Below, one piece after another: positions 1-11,101 of a DNA stretch of 64,000 bases; positions within the stretch are counted from its first letter, which is position 1; each line of letters starts with the position of its first letter. Under the pieces are notes generated by a model, which searched no databases, was not told the DNA's origin, and worked only from the letters and a program-made list of their open reading frames with translations. The position numbers and the translations under genes were made by a program. Location of the stretch: NCBI RefSeq assembly GCF_009914755.1, contig NC_060934.1; one strand, given 5' to 3'. Origin of the DNA: the human T2T-CHM13v2.0 reference genome, Homo sapiens.

Positions 1-250
1 TCCTGAGGCCAGGAGTTCAAGGTCAGTCTGGTCAACATGGCGAAACCCCATCTGTACTTAAAATACAAAAAAATTCGGTAGGCATGGTGGTGGGCGCCTG
101 TGATCCCAGCTACTTGGGAGGCTGAGGCAGAAAAATCACTTGAACCCAGGAGGACTATGTTGCAGTCAGGCTAGATTGTGCCACTGCACTCCAGCCTGGC
201 TTGGGTGACAGAGTGAGGCTGTCTCAAAAAAAAAAAAAAAAAAAAAAAAA
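1..250 (+). mobile_element. Alu SINE (AluJ/S class), 5' end lies before the window start
   Basis: Left-monomer end, A-rich linker (AAAATACAAAAAAA), right monomer GATCCCAGCTACTTGGGAGGCTGAGGCAG...CCACTGCACTCCAGCCTGG, then poly(A) at ~226-250. Confidence 0.95.
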
Positions 251-374
251 AGAAATGTATTAATTTATTAGCTTTTATTGTGAGTAATGAAAGATTATAC
301 TTCTGTCCTTAGATCATATTGATAGTATTTATAACGTTACATAATTCTATATTTTGCTCCAAAAAAAAATCTGT

Positions 375-676
375 GGCCAGGCACGCTGGCTCATGCTTGT
401 AATCCCAGCACTTTGGGAGGCTGAGGTGGGAGGATCACTTAAGGTCAGGAGTTTGAGACCAGCCTGGCCAACATAGTGAAACCCTGTCTCTACTAAAAAT
501 ACAAAAATTAGCTGGGCATGGTGGTGCGTTCCTGTAGTCTCAGATACTCGAGAGTCTGAGGCAGAAAAATCGCTTGAACCCTGGAAGTGGAGGTTGTAGT
601 GAGCCGTGATTATGCCACTGAACTCCAGTCTGGGCGACAGAGCAAGACTCAGGCTCAAAAAAAAAAAAAAAAAAAA
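375..676 (+). mobile_element. Full-length Alu (AluS-like)
   Basis: Starts GGCCAGGCACGCTGGCTCATGCTTGTAATCCCAGCACTTTGGGAGG; dimeric with CTAAAAATACAAAAATTAG linker and poly(A) tail. Confidence 0.95.
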
Positions 677-1741
677 TTGCATTGCTGCAACATGAGAAAG
701 CTGCTCCTCTAGTCAGAGTATGGCTAAGGGAAGTACATCATAACTTTTAATCACTGATATGTGATTAAAATTTTAAAGTTTTGATAACATTTTAATTAAT
801 GATTTAAGATGTTTGGCTAATTTCCATCTGAATTTAGATTCAAGCACTTTGCAAGCCTGTTTTAATCTCTATGCTTAAAAAATCTACATATTAATAAAAT
901 CAGCCTTACTACATACAAGCTGTCAACAAACTCTGTTCTAAACACAGTGGTGGTATGAAGTCAAGTACCTTTCTAGCTAATGGTAGTCAGCTTACACAGT
1001 TGTTCAATGGGGCAACACAATCATATCTCCAATTGTTACAGAGATTGAAATGATTATCATCTGAACTACTGCACTTGTGGCAAAGTTTTCTTTCTCAAGA
1101 AGGTTTTTGGTAAAATACAGATCTATCAACAGGAGATACCATTACATTTTTAGCACTTACCATATCATTTGCAGAGGGATAGACTCAGAATATGATAGTT
1201 GCCATGAAAAATAGTGAACAGTAAAAACTGAACTAAATGGAATATAGAACACAAGTATTGGAATGGGAGGCAAACGTTAAGAGGAAGAGATATGGGAAAA
1301 TATATCAACTCATTATTCAAGCTTATTTAAGCTTCATTTACATCACAAAAAGTTTCCATTCACAACCTTTTCAAATAAAACTGAAAGGTTTCCATGATAT
1401 TTTAAAAATATAATCTGTATTTTATCTTAACAAGAACTTGGAACAATATTCTATCCACCATTCCTGATCCAAACAAGTGCCCAATCTTCATCTATCTTGC
1501 CTCATATTTTCAGTATAAAGAGCCCATTCACTTTTTAGGGAAAAAAGACACAAATAACACAATGGCACAATTGTTAAGTTTCTCATTATATACAACCCTA
1601 TAGCTAATAATGCACATGTCATTTCCATTTCTAGGTTGACTAATTTTGATGGGCAGAAGTGCTCTAAAGTATGCTTTTATAAACCTCATATCACGTGGTA
1701 CTCCATGGCTGAAACATGGCTTAATGCATGTTTTAGGATGG

Positions 1742-1838
1742 TGAAGGAAGGAGAGAAGGGAAAAAGAAAAGACGAAGAAAAGAAGAAAGAAAAAGGAAGG
1801 TGAAGGAAAGGAAGAGAGATGAAGAAAGAAAATGAAAA
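1742..1838. repeat. GA-rich low-complexity tract
   Basis: Almost purely purine GAAG/GAAA-type sequence. Confidence 0.8.
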
Positions 1839-2042
1839 TATGACCATGTTATAAAGAAAATTGAAAACATATAATTATTTTTTCTTAATTTTAGCCTGTG
1901 TAGAAACTCTTAAGCCTGATGATGAGATAGATATTTTTTGCCATAAATTACATGAATCTATTCATTTTTACATTCTTATTATATAGCATTAGAATATGTT
2001 GCATTATATGTAGACTCCTTAGAAGATACACGTAAATAAAAT

Positions 2043-3115
2043 TATCGGGGAACCTGCCCCGATATTCATGTAGGTTCTTTTCTGTTTTTCCTAAGCATCT
2101 GCCAGCTTGAGAAGTAAAGGGACAGAGTACAAAAGAGAAAAATTTTAAACCTGGGCGTCCAGGGGAGACATCACATGTCGGTACGTTCCGTGATGCCCCA
2201 CAAGCCACAAAAACCAGCAAGTTTTTATTAGGGAGTTTCAAAAGGGGAGGGAGTGTGCGAATAGGTGTGGGTCACAGACATCAAGTACTTTACAAGGTAA
2301 TAGAATATCACAAGGCAAGTGGAGGCAGGGCAAGATCACAGGACCGCAGGACCGAGGTGAAATTAAAATTGCTAATGAAGTTTCGGGCACCATTGTCATT
2401 GATAACATCTTATCAGGAGACAGGGTTTTGAGATCAACTGGTCTGACCAAAATTTATTAGGCAGGAATTTCCTCTTCCTAATAAGCCTGGGAGCGCTATG
2501 GAAGACTGGGGTCTATTTCATCCCTGCAGCCTCAACCCTAAGAGGCAGGCGCACCTGGGGGCGCTGTTTATAAGCCTATACCTCCAGGTGGTTATTCTCT
2601 TTCCCAGGAATGTTTCATGCTGAGAAAAAGAATTCAGTGATATTTCTCCCATTTGCTTTTGAAAGAAGAGAAATATGGCTCTGTTCTGCCCAGCTCACCG
2701 GTGGTCAGAGTTTAAGGTTATCTCTCTTATTCCCCGAACAATTGCTGTTATCCTGTTCTTTTTTCGAGGTGCCCACATTTCATATTGCTCAAACACACAT
2801 GCTGTACAATTTGTGCAGTTAATGCAATTATTACAGGGTCCTGAGGCTGTAATTACATCCTCCTCAGCTGACAGGATTAAGAGATTAAAGTAAAGACAGG
2901 CATAGGAAATCACAAGGGTATTCATTGGGGAAGTGATAAGTGTCCATGAAATCTTTACAATTTATGTTTAGAGACTGCAGTAAAGACAGGCATAAGAAAT
3001 TATAAAAGTATTAATTTGGGGAACTAATAAATGTCCATGAAATCTTCACAATCTACGTTCTTCTGCCATGGCTTCAGCCGGTCCCTCCGTTTGGGGTCCC
3101 TGACTTCCCGCAACA
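2043..3115 (-). mobile_element. MER11 solo LTR (HERV-K HML-8 / ERVK); length fits MER11C
   Basis: Reverse complement begins TGTTGCGGGAAGTCAGGGACCCC...GGAGGGACCGGCTGAAGCCATGGCAGAAGAACG (MER11 5' end). Length is 1073 bp, with an internal AGTAAAGACAGGCATA... repeat at ~2889 and ~2979. Perfect 6-bp TSD TAAAAT at 2037-2042 and 3116-3121. Confidence 0.92.
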
Positions 3116-3187
3116 TAAAATAAAAAAAAAAAAAGATGCTTTCAACTTAGTGACTATTATTCCTGTCTATCTCTATGTGCATGTATT

Positions 3188-3216
3188 ACACACACACACA
3201 CACACACACACCCACA
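3188..3216. repeat. (CA)n microsatellite
   Basis: Directly visible. Confidence 0.9.
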
Positions 3217-3219
3217 TTA

Positions 3220-3398
3220 AGAACCCACTAAATATTGTTAAGTTCTTGGAAAATATGACCTTAAGTGAAATGACATACAATAGGTCCTTGAATAACATAG
3301 TCATTTAGATATAATTATAATACGCAAAAAATGGATTTTGTTATGCATCGTTTTGATTAAAGTCACAGTTTCCAAGAACCTACTGATGACATTAAGTT
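3220..3398 (+). mobile_element. MER6B/C-like non-autonomous Tigger-family MITE
   Basis: Long imperfect inverted repeats (AGTTCTTGGAAAATATGACCTTAAG ... TTAAAGTCACAGTTTCCAAGAACCT) and internal AGGTCCTTGAATAAC, matching recalled MER6B. Confidence 0.7.
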
Positions 3399-3401
3399 TA
3401 T

Positions 3402-3452
3402 ACACACACAAACATGCACACACACAAACACACACACACACCTACACACACA
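3402..3452. repeat. Interrupted (CA)n microsatellite
   Basis: Directly visible. Confidence 0.85.
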
Positions 3453-3707
3453 AAGGTAGTTATACACAATATACTGACTGCCTTATAAGAATGTTTTTTC
3501 TATCTTGTAATAATACATGAGTACCACATTTTTCAATGCATTTAATCATGCTGTATCTGAGAATGTGACTTATTAAGTCCCATAAATATATCTAATACAT
3601 TTTAGAGTATAAATGTTCAATGTATTATTGTAGATATAATATGAAACTGTGCATGGGAGTGGAGTGAGGAATAATTGAAGAAAAGGCTCTTGCTGAACCA
3701 ATTTACC

Positions 3708-4275
3708 TATGGGAGATCAGAATATGCCACCCCAATTTAGGATGGTTTGGCATAAGGTTTGTTGAGCTGAAGGCAATTAAGAAGCAGATGAAGAAAAGCT
3801 CTCTGCCTCTATTTACCTAAAAGGACGATATACATTTACAAAGACAAAAAATATCCCCCTTCCCCTCTAAACCGGGGAGGACAAATGTTATCCACTGAAG
3901 AGAACTTTAGACTGTTATGGGCCTGGAGATGGCACCAGAGGAATCTACATTAACAAGCTTTACTTAGCCTTTATCTGCCTTTTCTTTGCCTTGCCTCAAG
4001 TTGCTGTCTTTAGAAATTCAAAATCCTTTTCCTTTGTCATGTCGCTTCCCTAAAACTTTACTGTTCTTTGTTGAACAATGCGTTATATAAGCTGAAATTC
4101 AAACTCACCTCCTTGGCGGCTACTCATTCCCTTGCTGTCTTCCATGTATATATGAAATACACGTCAATAAACTTCTCTGGCTTTTCTCTTGTTAATCTCT
4201 CTTTTGGTCCATGGGTCCATTCCAACTAATACTTTGTCAGAATTGAGGAAAAAAATATTATTCCTCTTCCAAATA
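3708..4275 (+). mobile_element. MER34-family ERV1 solo LTR
   Basis: GGAGATCAGAATATGCCACCCCAA...TTGAGCTGAAGGCAATTAAGAAGCAGATG start resembles recalled MER34; TATATAAG at ~4084 and AATAAA at ~4166 in LTR order. Confidence 0.7.
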
Positions 4276-4809
4276 GCTATTTAGTATTTTCTGGCTGACA
4301 GAGCAAGTGTCTTGACAGAGAACTCACATTTCATTCTCTTTCCAACACTCTTCTTTTGATACACTTTAATTATAATCCTTAAAAATCAGTCTCTGTGTTA
4401 GAAGTTGACATGATATATGAAGGAAAAGGGCCACTTTTTAATTCTGGAAGTTAATGCAATAACATAAAGTAGAAAAATAGCATATTTTGAAATATATTTC
4501 ATGTCAAACACAGACATATCCTTCTAAAATGCAGCATCAGGAAATACTTAGGCATAATAACAAAAGTTCAAACTATGATTTCAAAACAGAGAATTTGACA
4601 ATTCAAGTATGGATATGATAAGCCTTTATTCTGATTTTTTTCCAAATATTCCGACAGTGGAAAATGTTCAAACAAAATTTGAAGGAGGAGGACTGTGTAC
4701 TATCTTATTTTCCCTCAATATTTTTCTTATATACTTTAAAGTAATTTTATTCTGCAATATTGTGTCGAACTATGAATTTCTCAACCATTGTTTCTGAATT
4801 GCAATAAAG

Positions 4810-5297
4810 TCAAACCGAGCAAGATGGCTTTAATATTGCCCTCATCTTGACGAAACTTTAAACACTTTTCTTCCTGACTGCATGTCCTGACCTTTATTTT
4901 CTTAGAGTGTTTACTTCAGAAAATTTTCCATTGTAAATTCTTCCTATGACTCTTTGAGATGTAAATAGTCTCCCAGCCACTTGTGAGTTTTATAACCCAG
5001 GGATGTCTTAAAAAACTTGGAGACATCCCTTTGAAATATTGTTATCCAGAAAGATATTTTCCCAGTCTCCCAGTTTGTATGGATAATAGGAGCCTAAATT
5101 CCATAAGCAACAATTAAACAATTAAATGTGGTCCAAACTCAGGGAACAACCTTCCCTTCACTTCCCCCAATGCTTTTCCACTAAAATTTTCTTGCATTGT
5201 GTTTCAAAAGAACTGAGTTCAATTTCTATCCACTATTGCAATAGCCTTGAATAAAGTCTTGCCTGTTTAACTCTATCTGGTATAATTTTTCTTCAAG
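4810..5297 (+). mobile_element. ERV1 solo LTR, MER67-like
   Basis: TTTCTTCCTGACT...TTTCTTAGAG...TTTGAGATGTAAAT...CATCCCTTTGAAAT motifs and terminal GAATAAAGTCTT resemble recalled MER67; subfamily uncertain. Confidence 0.55.
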
Positions 5298-8200
5298 AGA
5301 ACCTTAATTAGTCAAGTTCTATTTTGGCAATGGGATTCATATTGGAACTTAATTTTATATTATAAAAATGGATAAATAATCACAAACATAAAATATGAAT
5401 ATATGTTTCCAACAACATTGTGTGCATCAAACCAGGCACTAAATGGCAAAGGTATAAATAATCATAATAACAACTTTTGTGGTGATAGAGTTTTTTCTAG
5501 ATGCACTAGATATGCTGATATTCTTAAAATAAAAATTCTTACATATTAGCCAAAAGATACTTCTGCCAGACAAATGTTTTATTCATTATTACAAGGATTC
5601 TAGACCTTTTAAAATTAAGATATTCTGTTTCAAAGTCAATGTACAAATTCCCCTAAGTTCTTAAAAAATAGGGGCAGGTTTCATGGTGACCTGTTCAAAG
5701 ATCTATTGCTGAGATAGATTTTAGTAAATCAATTTGGTTCACTATCCCAGTTGGTCACAAATATGAGTTTTTGTTATTACTTCAATTATCTTATTCATTG
5801 CTTACTCAAAATACCTTTTAAGTCTTATCCCATGCAGAGATCAGATGGTAAGGTTTTTAAAGTAACTATATGACTATCAGACTTATTTCCATGTAACTTG
5901 CTTTATTTTTGCCTGTCTTTAAGATTTTATTACATAAAAAGTAATAAAAATTAATTTTAATGTATTCCTAAAATTTCAAAATCTTGCTTGTTTAAAAAAA
6001 AATTAGTCTTAATTAAAAAAACACTATGGAAGAAAATAAGCCTTTAAGTGATCTATATTATCCTAATGATGTTGTTATGTTACTTAAATCAAAATTTGTG
6101 AAAAAAATAGGTTCACACTTCTGAATCTCAAATAAACTTTATAGATCAAAAATTACCACCAAAGGTGCTCAGAAACAATGACTAAAATTTCCATCTCTAG
6201 CAATTTTTTATATAACAAAATTGTCCTAACAATACTAGCTAATAAATTAGAGTTTGGTTACAAAATGAACCATGATAAAATCTATCACAGCAGGAAAATT
6301 TTAGAAAAGGTCAAGACCACTTATGTGATCTTACCTTCAATTTTAGACCAAGGAAAGTTTGTAAGTGAAATTTAACCCTTCAAAAATGTCCCCCAACATA
6401 GTATCTTATTCTTGTGCAACCTGGAAAAACAAAAAAAACTGATATTAGAACCTAGGTTATTTTATTTGCTGCTGGATTATTTGCTTATTTGTTGTTTTAA
6501 ATCAGAAAAAAAAACCCAAATATTCTGGTAGCCTAGAAATAATCAATAGCCTTGCAGACAACCAAGTATCCGGGTTGCCTTATGAACTAAGCATAGGATA
6601 GAATTAAACTAGACACTGCTAAAATGAATGGACAATTTTTAGTGGTATGTATACAAACCTTAAAGTTCAAATAATGTAAATGGCCGACATCAAACATATT
6701 TTCTAAACTATAGAATTTTACACCAAACAGTATGTTCTGCCACAGTAAACTGTCTCTGGCTTTCTTAAAAGTGATTTATTTTATACTGCAAATTATTCTG
6801 TCATGTCCACTTGACATATATGTGTTCCTTTCTGATTTTCTCAACAACTCTCTCTTAGAAGGAAAGCATTTTCTTTTTAGAAACCATTTTGAATACATAA
6901 TCACATACATGTAACAGAACATTTAAAAAGAAACTGTTTCAGCCAAAACTATGCTACCTACTCTCAGTGAAGAGAGTTGCAGACAACTTTTGTAGGACAT
7001 GGAAAAGAAGCCACTGAAGTTCAGTGTGTAACATTTATATGATTAAATATAATATAAATATAAATAATATAATGATTAAAGATGGGAGGCTCAGGTAGCT
7101 TGGACACTGAGGATTTGGGAGGAAAGCAATATTACAGTGTGATAATTGCAAGTTATCAACAAAGAGTCATCAGACTTCTTGCATTTCTCCATAAGCTTGA
7201 TGACAAGAACATCAGGTGGGTTTCTCTGAAAAGAACTAAATTTACAGAAGTTAGAGAATTTAGAGAAATTAGTTGAAGGGTGTCTGACTTTCACTTGACA
7301 ATTTTAAAGGGTGAAAGTCTAAATGAAGAACTTTTGCAGATTAATGGTCTGCGGTTAGGAAATAACTGTATTCCAACTAGAGATGAGTCTCAAGTGAGTA
7401 TTTCCCACCAGCAAATGTGGGCCATGCAAGAGAGTAGACAAGAAGGAGATGATCTCAAGCCCAGCCCAAGAGAATCACCATGAGGAATGAGGAGACCTCA
7501 GCAGTAAGACGCTGGGCTGTGCAGCCACATCCGCGGGAACAGCAAAAGTTAGTGACCAGAAGACAAATTCTCCAGCCATCCCAGGAATTGCCAGAAACAG
7601 CTATCCAAATTTGGAGGTCTCCAAAGAATCTGCCTACGTGGTTCACAATCTCAGGAGTTGCCAAAATCAGACCTAGAGAGTACAGCAATGCACCCTTTCT
7701 TTTCTTTTTACCTCTAATGCTTTTTCCAGGGTCAAACCTGGAGGAGATGAAAATCAGTATTTAGTAAGTTGAAGAAACAGAGATGAATAAGGCAGAGAGA
7801 GAGCAAGGTTGTCGACACCCAGGTTCTAAGGCAGCTGGGATGCCTACAAAAGGATATCCAAGCGGAAAAAAATTGAAGTAGATTTCTAGCCAAACTTAGA
7901 AGTCCTCTGTGTCTAATGTATTTCAGAGTAGGAGATAAAGTATTTGTTGGATTAGCACATTAGCAAAATTATCTAGAGAAAGGAATACATGTGTAATGTC
8001 CAATAAAAGCCAGTGATTCTCCAATTGAACATAAAATGGACTAAGTTGATAAGAAATGTGGGGCTCTTTCAACAAATAGTTTAAAATCAAAATCATGAAG
8101 GTGGATAAAATATTTCTTTACCCCCAGAAAATAAACGGATAAAGCTACTTCTACTATCTTTGTTATTTTTCACTCTACTAGCCCTAATTATTTCATTACT

Positions 8201-9479
8201 AACTTATCATCAATTGAAAGTTATAAAATGCATGTTTCCATCATGATACTATGTCATATATATTTTAAAAGATGGTTATAAAAGTCATCTGTCATTATTA
8301 AATTAAATTTTGAGTCAATATATATTTGTATTGGGCTATGAATATGCATAAGAAATTAATATTCTGAATAATATGTACTCTTTCAGTGCCCTGGAAAAGA
8401 CAATAGGAGCCTGATACAATTTGTCATTCTTGCACAGTGACAGTTAATCGAAAATTATTAATTCATTATCAAAGTATCATTTCCATGACAAAGACGAGAG
8501 GAAAACATGCAGACTGTGTCCAGATTTCTTCCAGATATCTACCAGCAAAATATCACCAAAATTAAACAATGAAAGATAGACGAAAAGAGAAAAAAGCCAG
8601 AGGGAGAGGAGAGAGAAAGAGAGAGAATGATTATGTTTTACATAAAAAACAGTAAATTGAATTCCTTACTTGATTTTTATAGGTATTGTTCATCTAGTTT
8701 GTAGTAAAGGGAACATAGCTATAGACAGGAAACTGTCATTGTTGAGAATTTGGAGCTTAAAAGTATTCAGTAATTTTAAATGCAGGACATGTATTTTCGA
8801 AACCATTCATAATTAAGAAATTAAAAAGATTTTAGTAACATTTGTGAAAAACAGAAAGAAAATTATTTAAAAGTCTTTGCTCTTCAGAGATAGTGCCTGG
8901 CTCTTGTAGATTCCTTTCACCTCTACACTATGCTAAAACCTGGCTTTGTCTAAAAACAACTTTAGCTATAGATGGTCACTTTCTGTAAAGGCTTTTCTTT
9001 GTTATTGTCATAGCATTACAGAATATTGATGACTTCAATATCACCTACACAGAAAAACTGTATATGACTTTTGGAAAAAAAATGAGAGATTTAGGGCAAG
9101 CAAAGTTATGCTGTTGTAGATTCAAAAAAAAAATTGACATTTTAGGTTAAGTATATTTTCAATGTTTCAATTATAACTGTAAATCTATAAATGCTGGTAG
9201 AGGTAACCTCATTAGAAATAACTCCTTATTCTAAGAGCAAAGAGAAACCTGAAATGCTAAAATGGATACTCATTCTTAATAGGATCAAGAAACACCAAAT
9301 ACCCGTCAAATATCCGAAGATTATATTCAATGACTCTGAACAAGGAAAAAAGCAAAAAATTAAGTGAAACATGAATGAAAGAAATTACAGAAATCTAAAC
9401 AAAGGTATAATCTATATTAATGGATTGTAAAACTCAGTAGCTTAAGGATGCTAAAATCTCCTCATGTAATGTCAATAAA

Positions 9480-10210
9480 AATTTCATCAATTTTGAATAA
9501 ATTGAAGAATTAAGTCTAAAACATATACAATTCAAATTACAAAGTATATGCCCATAATTTATGACTTTACTGCTTAATTCTACCAGCATATAAAGAAGAA
9601 AACATCTTAAACAAACTATTACAAAAAATAATAGGAAACACATACTATTTTGGTTTTTGATGCTAGCATAACCCTGATAACAAACCTGACAAAAATACAT
9701 CAAAGAATAAAAAGTACACATGAATATCCTCATTAACACAGATACAAAAATACTTAATGAATTTATTTAGAAAATAAATCAAATCCAGCAATCTATAAAA
9801 TAATGCATTATGACCAAGTTGGTTTTACCAAGAATGCATGGTTGGTTTAATGTATAAAATACATAAAATCTTATTAACAGAGTGAGGGAAAAAAACATAA
9901 CTCAAACAACACAGAAAATTCATGTATCAAAAGTAAACGTGTTCAAGATAAAAAATATTAAGCAAATTAGGAATAGAAAGTAACTTCCTCAATCTGATAA
10001 GCAAAATATTTACATTAAAGAAAACAGAACTAAATTAAAGCTGACGGGAAGAAGAAGGCAAGATTATACAATCTTATAATTTCTATTCATCATGGTAGTT
10101 GGAATTCCTAGCCACTGAAATAAAGCAAGGATCAATGACATATATTAACAACAAAGAAGAACTATGCTCCTATTTAGAAACAGCATGATCGTTTATGTAT
10201 AAAATATTAA
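9480..10210 (+). mobile_element. Old L1 (L1M-type) ORF2 fragment
   Basis: Degenerate RT-region sequence GCTAGCATAACCCTGATAACAAACCTGACAAA...ATGACCAAGTTGGTTTTACCAAGAATGCATGGTTGGTTTAA. Confidence 0.7.
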
Positions 10211-10217
10211 ATACAGA

Positions 10218-11101
10218 TAGGCCACCTTTTATTGCTTTCTTTATTAGTTTATTGAACTCCATAAATACGGCATTTTTTTAAAAGTTTGAAGATTTGTGGC
10301 AGTCCTTCAAATAAATAGCAAATTTATTAGCCATTTTTTCCATGTGCTCACATCATGTCTGTGTGTCACAGTTTGGTAATTCATGCAATATTTCAAATTT
10401 TTTCATTGTTATATCTGTTATGATTATCTGTAATCAGTGGTTTTTACTATTAATTACTATTATAATTATTTTGGGATGCCGCAAACCATTCCCACATTAC
10501 ATTGAACTTAATTCATGAAATGTTTTGTGTGTTCTGATTGCTCCACCTACTGGCCATTCTCCCATCTTTCTCCATCTCTTCAGGCCTCTGTATTCCTTAA
10601 GACACAACAATATTAAAATTAGACCAATTAATAACCCTACAATGGCTTCTAAGGGTTCAAGTGAAAGAGTTGCACATCTCTCACCTTAAATCAAAAACTA
10701 GAAATTATTGAGCTTAATGAGGAAGGCATGTTGTAACCAAGATAGGCTGAACGCTAGACATCGTGCATCCAACAGTTAGCCAAGCTATGAATTCAAAGAA
10801 AAACTTCTTAAGGGAAACTAAAAGTGCTATTCTAGTGAATGCACAAATGATAAGAAAGCCAAAAAACCTTATTGGTGATAAGTAGAAAGTTTGAGTGATC
10901 TGAATAGAAGATCAAACAAGACACAATATTTTCTTAAGCCAAAACAAAATCCAGAGCAAGGACCTAGCTCTCTACATAGCTATGAAGGCTGAGAGAGGTG
11001 AGGAAGCCACAGAAGAAAAATTGGAATCTTGTAGATGTTGGTTCATAAGGCTTAAGGAAATAAGCCATCTCCATAACACAAAAGTACAAGGTAAAGCAGC
11101 A
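10218..11101 (+). mobile_element. Tigger1 DNA transposon, 5' ~0.9 kb with decayed transposase start
   Basis: GAAGATTTGTGGC...TGCTCACATCATGTC...AATAACCCTACAATGGCTTCTAAG...GAGGAAGGCATG...AAAGTACAAGGTAAAGCAGCA is colinear with Tigger1; it stops abruptly at the L1. Confidence 0.9.

Noticed and set aside
347-682. 111-aa ORF, and similar ORFs at 15730, 35104, 35518, 38086, 38318 and 43901
   Set aside because: Translations of Alu sequence and poly(T)/STR tails (typical LSPRLE.SG and [18 protein letters not shown] peptides), not genes.
745-770. 10-bp stem hairpins (745-770, 4999-5030, 59000-59026)
   Set aside because: Stems of this length in AT-rich DNA are plausible by chance in 64 kb; no other support.
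2885-3060. Spaced ~90-bp direct repeats superficially like an array
   Set aside because: Internal tandem repeat that is part of the MER11 LTR; not CRISPR-like or novel.
7082-7764. Cluster of overlapping 64-94-aa ORFs in a GC-richer patch
   Set aside because: No recognisable protein similarity; ORFs on both strands reflect local base composition. Possibly an old LTR I cannot name.
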